Shown here in pieces: positions 58,502 through 64,000 of a stretch of 64,000 nt of DNA. Below the pieces are notes generated by a model, which did not search any database, had not been told where the DNA came from, and saw nothing but the letters and a program-made list of their open reading frames with translations. The stretch's first letter is position 1. Every line of letters begins with the position of its first letter. The DNA comes from Acholeplasma sp. (GTDB taxonomy: Bacteria > Bacillota_I > Bacilli_A > ML615J-28 > CAG-698). A program made the translations under genes and the position numbers. The stretch is taken from positions 1,540 to 65,539 of the forward strand of contig DUOW01000009.1 in the NCBI GenBank assembly GCA_012838635.1, written 5' to 3'.

Positions 58502-58535
58502 TATAAAAAAAGGTCTACTTATTCAAGTAGACCTT
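58502..58535 (-). terminator. Terminator after gap
   Basis: AAGGTCTACTT (58510-58520) / AAGTAGACCTT (58525-58535), loop 4 nt, U7+ on the minus strand. Confidence 0.75.
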
Positions 58536-58548
58536 GATTTATTGTTTA

Positions 58549-59565
58549 TTATTTTTGGTGAACGATGTACTTAGCAAGTCTAACCATTTGAGCAGTATAG
58601 CCCATTTCGTTATCATACCAAGCAAGAACTTTCACTAATTGACTTCCATCTGCGCCTTCAATAAGACTTGTAGATAAAGCATCGAAAACTCCACCATGTG
58701 TATCGCCAATAACATCGCTTGAAACGATTGGATCTTCAGTATATCCGAACGAATCATTAGCAGCTTTCTTAACAGCTTTGTTTACTTCTTCTACAGTAAC
58801 TTTTTTCTTTAACTCTAAAACTAAATCAACAGCTGAACCTGTTCCAGTAGGAACTCTTAAAGCGATACCGTCTAATTTTCCAAGTAAACTTGGAATAACT
58901 TTACCAACTGCTGATGCAGCTCCTGTTGATGTTGGAACGATATTTAATGCAGCAGCTCTACCTCTTCTACTATAAATTCCTTTTTTGTGAGGAACATCTA
59001 GTGTAACTTGGTCACCAGTGTAAGCATGAACTGTAGACATAAATCCTTTTTCAATTCCAAATTTATCTTCTAAAATTTTAGCCATTGGTGCTAAGCAGTT
59101 TGTAGTACAAGATGCTGCTGAAATAACTTTTTCTGAGCCGTCTAAAATACCTTCATTTACACCAAATACAACAGTTTTTACATTTGGTCCTTTTCCTGGA
59201 GCAGAAATAATAACTTTTTTAGCACCAGCATTGATATGTTTCATAGCGCCTTCTTCTTTAGTAAATACGCCAGTACATTCCATAACAACGTCTACATCTA
59301 ATTCTTTCCAAGGTAAGTTTTCAGGATCTTTCTCTGCATAAACTTTAATTCTGTCTTTACCAATGATAATTTCATCTGCATCGTGTTTAATTTTGTCCGC
59401 TTTATAACGTCCTTGTGTTGAGTCATACTTTAATAAGTATGCTAATTGTTCTGCATCTGTTAAGTCATTAACAGCTACAATTTTGAAGTCTGGATCACCA
59501 TACATTAATCTAAATGCAAGTCTTCCAATTCTTCCAAATCCATTAATTGCAACTTTTACAGCCAT
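58549..59565 (-). CDS. gap: Glyceraldehyde-3-phosphate dehydrogenase
   Basis: [19 protein letters not shown] active site; 338 aa. Confidence 0.97.
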   Translation of the reverse strand: MAVKVAINGFGRIGRLAFRLMYGDPDFKIVAVNDLTDAEQLAYLLKYDSTQGRYKADKIKHDADEIIIGKDRIKVYAEKDPENLPWKELDVDVVMECTGVFTKEEGAMKHINAGAKKVIISAPGKGPNVKTVVFGVNEGILDGSEKVISAASCTTNCLAPMAKILEDKFGIEKGFMSTVHAYTGDQVTLDVPHKKGIYSRRGRAAALNIVPTSTGAASAVGKVIPSLLGKLDGIALRVPTGTGSAVDLVLELKKKVTVEEVNKAVKKAANDSFGYTEDPIVSSDVIGDTHGGVFDALSTSLIEGADGSQLVKVLAWYDNEMGYTAQMVRLAKYIVHQK

Positions 59566-59672
59566 ATTTTTTTAATACCTCCTTATATGGTTTTTTTCTT
59601 TTCATTAATATTATATCATATTTTCAATCATTTTCAACAATGAAAACACTTTTTATTTTCATGTAATGCGTT

Positions 59673-60098
59673 TTACAAAAAACAATCAATAGCCTTTTTA
59701 TAAGATTCAAATCCTAAACCAGCTATACTTTTAAAACAAACATCTTTAATTACGCTTTTCTTTCGAAAATCTTCTCTTTTTGTTGGGTCAGTAAGATGAA
59801 CTTCAATTACCTTTAATGGTTTAACTGCTAAAATCGCATCATATAAACTATAAGAATAATGAGTTAATGCTCCTGGATTAAGAATAATCCCATCATACTT
59901 TTCCAAATATCCTTTTTGCATATAGTCAATCAACTCACCTTCATAATTAGTTTGTTTAATTAGAAGTTCAAAATTATTTTTAGAAGCATAATCTTTTAAA
60001 TAATTTTCTAAATCTTGATATGTTTTATTGCCATATATTTCTTTTTCCCTAATCCCTAAAAAATTAAGATTGGGTCCATTTAATACCATTAACTTCAT
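59673..60098 (-). CDS. aroQ: 3-dehydroquinate dehydratase, type II
   Basis: MKLMVLNGPNLNFLGIREKEIYG..., NPGALTHYS, EVHLTD motifs. Confidence 0.9.
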   Translation of the reverse strand: MKLMVLNGPNLNFLGIREKEIYGNKTYQDLENYLKDYASKNNFELLIKQTNYEGELIDYMQKGYLEKYDGIILNPGALTHYSYSLYDAILAVKPLKVIEVHLTDPTKREDFRKKSVIKDVCFKSIAGLGFESYKKAIDCFL

Positions 60099-60100
60099 TG

Positions 60101-60868
60101 TTATTCTCGTCTAAAGTAACTTAAAATAATAAAAGCAATTCTTAAAATTTCAATATAAATCCAAATTAAAGTGAATGTTAAACCAAATGCAGCATACCAC
60201 TCTGATTCTTTGGGAAATCCGCCTTCAACTACCATATGAATATTCTTTAAATCCATAAATAAATAAAGAATAGCTAAAAATAAAGAAATACTTCCAATTA
60301 AAACTACTAACCAAAGATTAATTTCATAGCCACTAATTAAAACGAAAATCCACATTACAAAACTACTAATTAAGAAACTTAAAGAAAAGATAATTAAGAA
60401 ATTTAAAAACTTATTAGTTACCTTTACTACACCAGTCACATACAAAGCGGTAACAACTAAGAAAACAGTTATTGTTCCAATTAAAGCAATTGGCACAGCT
60501 CCTTGAGTAACTGAGCCGAAAATGTATGAAATTGATCCAACTAAGAAACCTTCAAATAAACAATATAAAGCCCCAGTTACTTTTGTAGTTTTAGGAATCA
60601 AGTTAGCTAGTAAACTAAAGATAAATGTACCCACTATAGCAGCAATTAAAATAATAATATAAGCATCGATAAACTCATCAGAGCCACCAGAAATTGATTT
60701 TAATAAAGCTACGCTAACTCCTACTCCAACTAAAACAAACAGAAAGAAAAATAACACTTTCCCTGCAATCCCTTTATAACTAGCAGTTTGTCTTTCTTCT
60801 GTAACTAAATTTTCCTGTGCATCTTTAAATTTACGAAACACCGGATTTTTTGTCTCAAATTTTGCCAT
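60101..60868 (-). CDS. Polytopic membrane protein, possibly Bax inhibitor-1/YccA family
   Basis: 255 aa, about 7 predicted TM helices, cytoplasmic N-terminus. Family assignment is from topology and length only. Confidence 0.45.
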   Translation of the reverse strand: MAKFETKNPVFRKFKDAQENLVTEERQTASYKGIAGKVLFFFLFVLVGVGVSVALLKSISGGSDEFIDAYIIILIAAIVGTFIFSLLANLIPKTTKVTGALYCLFEGFLVGSISYIFGSVTQGAVPIALIGTITVFLVVTALYVTGVVKVTNKFLNFLIIFSLSFLISSFVMWIFVLISGYEINLWLVVLIGSISLFLAILYLFMDLKNIHMVVEGGFPKESEWYAAFGLTFTLIWIYIEILRIAFIILSYFRRE

Positions 60869-60919
60869 ATTTTCACCTCTTTTCCTAATATATTATAATT
60901 TACAATATTTAAATGAATC

Positions 60920-63900
60920 TTAAAATAGATTTATTTGATCATCCTTAGGTAAATGATCTAAAATACCTAATTTTTTCATATGATCAATAATTGTTTTTGA
61001 TATTTTTGTTCTTTGTCTTAAATCAGATTCAGAGCTAAATCTTCTTTCACTTCTTGCTTCGGTAATTGATTGTGCTGTTGTCACACCTACCGATGGTAAA
61101 GCACTAAACGGTAAATACATACTATTACCTTCGATTGTTAGAGCTTGAGCTTCTGATTTATCTAAATTAACTTGTTTGAATGTAAAACCTCTAGCAGTTG
61201 CTTCTAATGCTAAACTTAAAGTATCAATTAATGCATCAAGTTTTACATCGATTTTTCTACGTTTTAGATTTTCATCCTTTTGAAGATTAGCTTGCTTTAA
61301 TGCTTCTTTAATCGCATCATATCCTAAAGGCATTGCCTCAACATCAAATGCTTCTCCTCGTACCTCAAAATATACAGCATAGTAATATAAAGGCTTATAT
61401 ACTTTAAACCACGCAATTCTTAAAGCCATCATAACATAAGCTGCCGCATGAGCTTTAGGGAACATATAAGCAATCTTCTTACAAGCATCAATATACCACT
61501 CAGGAATATTATGCTCACGTAAGATTTGTTCTTGCTTAGCATTTAAACTTTTACCTTTTCTAACTGATTCCATAATTTTAAAAGCAGCTAAGCTATCAAC
61601 ACCTTTATTTACTAAATAAAGCATAATGTCATCACGGCAACCAATCAGTAAATCAAAGTCAACTCTACTATTTAAAGTATTTCCTAAATATAACTCTTTT
61701 TGGTTACCATTCCAAACATTCGTACCATGACCGAAACCTGAAATCTTAATTAATTCTGAAACAGTCTTCGGTTTAATATCATTAAGCATTTCTTTTCCTA
61801 AAGTTGTGTTAAACTCTGAAATACCTGTTGTTCCAATTTGTTCTAAAACTTCTTCTTCAGTAACTCCTAATGCCTTAACTGAATTAAAAATACTTAAAAC
61901 TTTTGGATCATTTAAAGGAATCTCATCATATTCCTTAAAAGGAAATTCATCGGGATATTTCTTCACATATTCCATTAATTTGCTAATCATTGTTGGGTCA
62001 CGATGACCTAACAAATCTAGTTTTAGTAAATTTTTCTCATATTTATCATATTCATAATGAATTGTTTTCCAATCAAAATCAGTCTTATCTGATGGATATT
62101 GAATCGCTACAACATCGGAATAATCAATGTTTTTCGGTATAACGACAATTCCACCTGGATGTTGTCCTGTTGTTCTTTTAACTCCAGTAATCTTTTCAAT
62201 AATAATATCCATTTCTGTCTTTGACATCTTTTTATCATGACGATCTAAGAAGTTCTTGACATAACCATAAGCTGTTCTTCCTTGAACTGTACTTACAGTA
62301 CCAGCACGAAAAACATTATTTTCCCCAAATAACTCTTTTGTATAATCGTGAGCTTTTGTTTGATATTCGCTAGAAAAGTTTAAATCAATATCTGGCACTT
62401 TATCTCCTTTAAAACCTAAGAAAGTTTCAAAAGGAATATCACAGCCATTACCAACTAAATCTTTACCACACTTTGGACATTTAGCAGTTTTTAAGTCTAA
62501 ACCATTAGAAACTAAACTTAAGTTTTCAAGTAAATAATCAGGAATATTGCTTTCATATTTATCTTGATCAGCCACCGAGTATTTAAATGCACTATAATGA
62601 CAATCTGGACAATAATAGTGAGGAACTAAACAGTTAACATCCGTAATATTCATACAATATGCTACAAACGATGACCCAACAGAACCCCTACTACCAACAA
62701 CCGAATTATCATCTTTACATTTAGTAGTTAGCATATAAGAAATATAATAGATTGTGGCATAATTATTATCGATAATATTCTTTAATTCTTTCTTCAGGCG
62801 ATCATTTACATATTTAGGTAATGGACTTCCATATAAACTTTCTGCTTTTTCGTAAGTGATTTTCTTTAATTCTGCTTCTACAGAGACAATACCTTGATTA
62901 ACCAAGAAATCATCTTGAGGAGCAAAAAGTTTTTTAGGAAATAGCGATAATTGTTCAATCTTATCATTAATTAAATTACTATTAGTTACAACTATTTCAT
63001 AAGCTACTTGTTCACCTAAAAACATAAAATGACTTAACATCTCTTCTGTTGTCATATAGTGTTGTGGTAAAACAATACCAGCTTTAGCAAGTTCGTGAAT
63101 ACCGCCACCAACTTGTGGTGCCTCAACAAAAATCTGTCTTAAAATTGTATCATCTTCGTTTAACTGATGAACATCTCCTGTTGCAACAACAATCTTTCCT
63201 ACTTTACGAGCAACATTAATTATCTTTTTAATTGTATCTTTTATTTGCTCATCATATTCAGCACTAATTAACTCTAAAGCTTCTTTAATATCTTGCGAGC
63301 TACCTTCATTATCAATATCTTGTTTATCATAGTTTTTACTAAATAAATAAGAATATTGATATGGTGGTTGAATTTCAATATAATCATAATATTCCATTCT
63401 CTCTTCTAACTCTTCAATTGAACCATTATAAGCAATTGTAAAGATTTCACCATTTTGGCAACCACTACCAACTAATAATCCTTCACGCCTTTCATCTAAA
63501 ACTTTTTCTAAAAGTCTTGGCTCTTTATAGAAATAATCTGTTAACGACAAAGAAACTATTTCATTTAAATGTTTAATTCCTTTACGGTTTGTAGCTAAAA
63601 GTGTTAAATGATAAGGATATACATATTTATATGCATCTTCAATTATACTATCATTTAAACTATTATAGGTTTTAATACCTTTTTGCTCTAAATCCTTTAG
63701 CATCTTCAAAAAGATTTGTGCTGTAGCACGAGTATCATGAATAGCCCGATGGTGTTGGACTAAATCTACATTAAACTCTTTTGCTAATGCTTTTAGATTA
63801 AATCTTGTTAAACGATCATTATAAAAGTTGTGAGCTAATTTTAAAGTATCAATTGTTGGGAAGGTAATATTGTCAATACCAATACGCTTCATATTTGCAT

Positions 63901-64000
63901 AAAGCATTGTATTATCAAAGTTTGCATTATGAGCAACTAAAATATCATCACCAATAAAGTCTACAAACTCAGGTAAAACCTGCTCAATACTAGGAGCTGA
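60920..64000 (-). CDS. polC: DNA polymerase III PolC-type alpha subunit; N-terminal part continues beyond the window
   Basis: The exonuclease domain end (...HNANFDNTML..HRAIHDT) runs off the window edge, followed by PHP insert, polymerase core and HhH. The track ORF starts at an internal Met (63907) but the frame stays open to 64000. Confidence 0.95.
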   Translation of the reverse strand, partial: SAPSIEQVLPEFVDFIGDDILVAHNANFDNTMLYANMKRIGIDNITFPTIDTLKLAHNFYNDRLTRFNLKALAKEFNVDLVQHHRAIHDTRATAQIFLKMLKDLEQKGIKTYNSLNDSIIEDAYKYVYPYHLTLLATNRKGIKHLNEIVSLSLTDYFYKEPRLLEKVLDERREGLLVGSGCQNGEIFTIAYNGSIEELEERMEYYDYIEIQPPYQYSYLFSKNYDKQDIDNEGSSQDIKEALELISAEYDEQIKDTIKKIINVARKVGKIVVATGDVHQLNEDDTILRQIFVEAPQVGGGIHELAKAGIVLPQHYMTTEEMLSHFMFLGEQVAYEIVVTNSNLINDKIEQLSLFPKKLFAPQDDFLVNQGIVSVEAELKKITYEKAESLYGSPLPKYVNDRLKKELKNIIDNNYATIYYISYMLTTKCKDDNSVVGSRGSVGSSFVAYCMNITDVNCLVPHYYCPDCHYSAFKYSVADQDKYESNIPDYLLENLSLVSNGLDLKTAKCPKCGKDLVGNGCDIPFETFLGFKGDKVPDIDLNFSSEYQTKAHDYTKELFGENNVFRAGTVSTVQGRTAYGYVKNFLDRHDKKMSKTEMDIIIEKITGVKRTTGQHPGGIVVIPKNIDYSDVVAIQYPSDKTDFDWKTIHYEYDKYEKNLLKLDLLGHRDPTMISKLMEYVKKYPDEFPFKEYDEIPLNDPKVLSIFNSVKALGVTEEEVLEQIGTTGISEFNTTLGKEMLNDIKPKTVSELIKISGFGHGTNVWNGNQKELYLGNTLNSRVDFDLLIGCRDDIMLYLVNKGVDSLAAFKIMESVRKGKSLNAKQEQILREHNIPEWYIDACKKIAYMFPKAHAAAYVMMALRIAWFKVYKPLYYYAVYFEVRGEAFDVEAMPLGYDAIKEALKQANLQKDENLKRRKIDVKLDALIDTLSLALEATARGFTFKQVNLDKSEAQALTIEGNSMYLPFSALPSVGVTTAQSITEARSERRFSSESDLRQRTKISKTIIDHMKKLGILDHLPKDDQINLF

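Overview
AT-rich, very gene-dense chromosomal segment from a low-GC Firmicutes/Mollicutes-type bacterium. It uses the standard genetic code: TGA terminates rarA, the HTH ORF and nadE. Apart from the first 2 kb (+ strand: rarA 3' end, rpmG, an HTH ORF, ispG), every gene from 1999 to 64000 is on the - strand. Most content is housekeeping and keeps Bacillus-type gene order in compacted form: nfo, cshB-like helicase, mtaB, rsmE, dnaJ-dnaK-grpE-hrcA with CIRCE, yqeK-rsfS (fused), yqeG, asnA, greA, the yrrO-yrrN-trmR tRNA-modification operon, radC, folC, valS with a T-box leader, a BMP-type ABC importer, nadE-nadD, rsmH-mraZ, rpmF-yceD, engB, RNase P RNA (rnpB, invisible to the ORF track), pnp, rpsO, mtnN, ribF, truB, cls, PPi-type pfk, rlmCD, gap, aroQ and polC (5' end outside the window). 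The lineage-specific part is 46.1-55.8 kb. There a cardiolipin synthase gene leads a tandem array of four ~655-aa exported paralogs with a phosphodiester-glycosidase (NAGPA/DUF2233-like) core; one copy is a two-lesion pseudogene. This is my best candidate for an undescribed system, but the function is inferred. Other accessory-looking loci are a trio of zinc-ribbon membrane proteins (39.1-40.4 kb) and a radC-DUF45-XRE/TPR operon (20.3-23.0 kb). The BMP lipoprotein gene of the ABC importer carries one in-frame TAA. The dcw cluster stops after mraZ-rsmH and radC is not followed by mreB, which suggests (inference) a wall-less, Acholeplasma-like or similarly reduced organism. Several ORF-track starts are TTG/GTG extensions that run into promoters, operators or terminators (hrcA, mraZ, truB, radC, bmp, trmR, the XRE regulator, dnaK). 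I moved these to the downstream ATG that has an RBS. No tRNA, rRNA, CRISPR array, integrase or intact IS element was seen. All coordinates of motifs were counted by hand against ORF boundaries.
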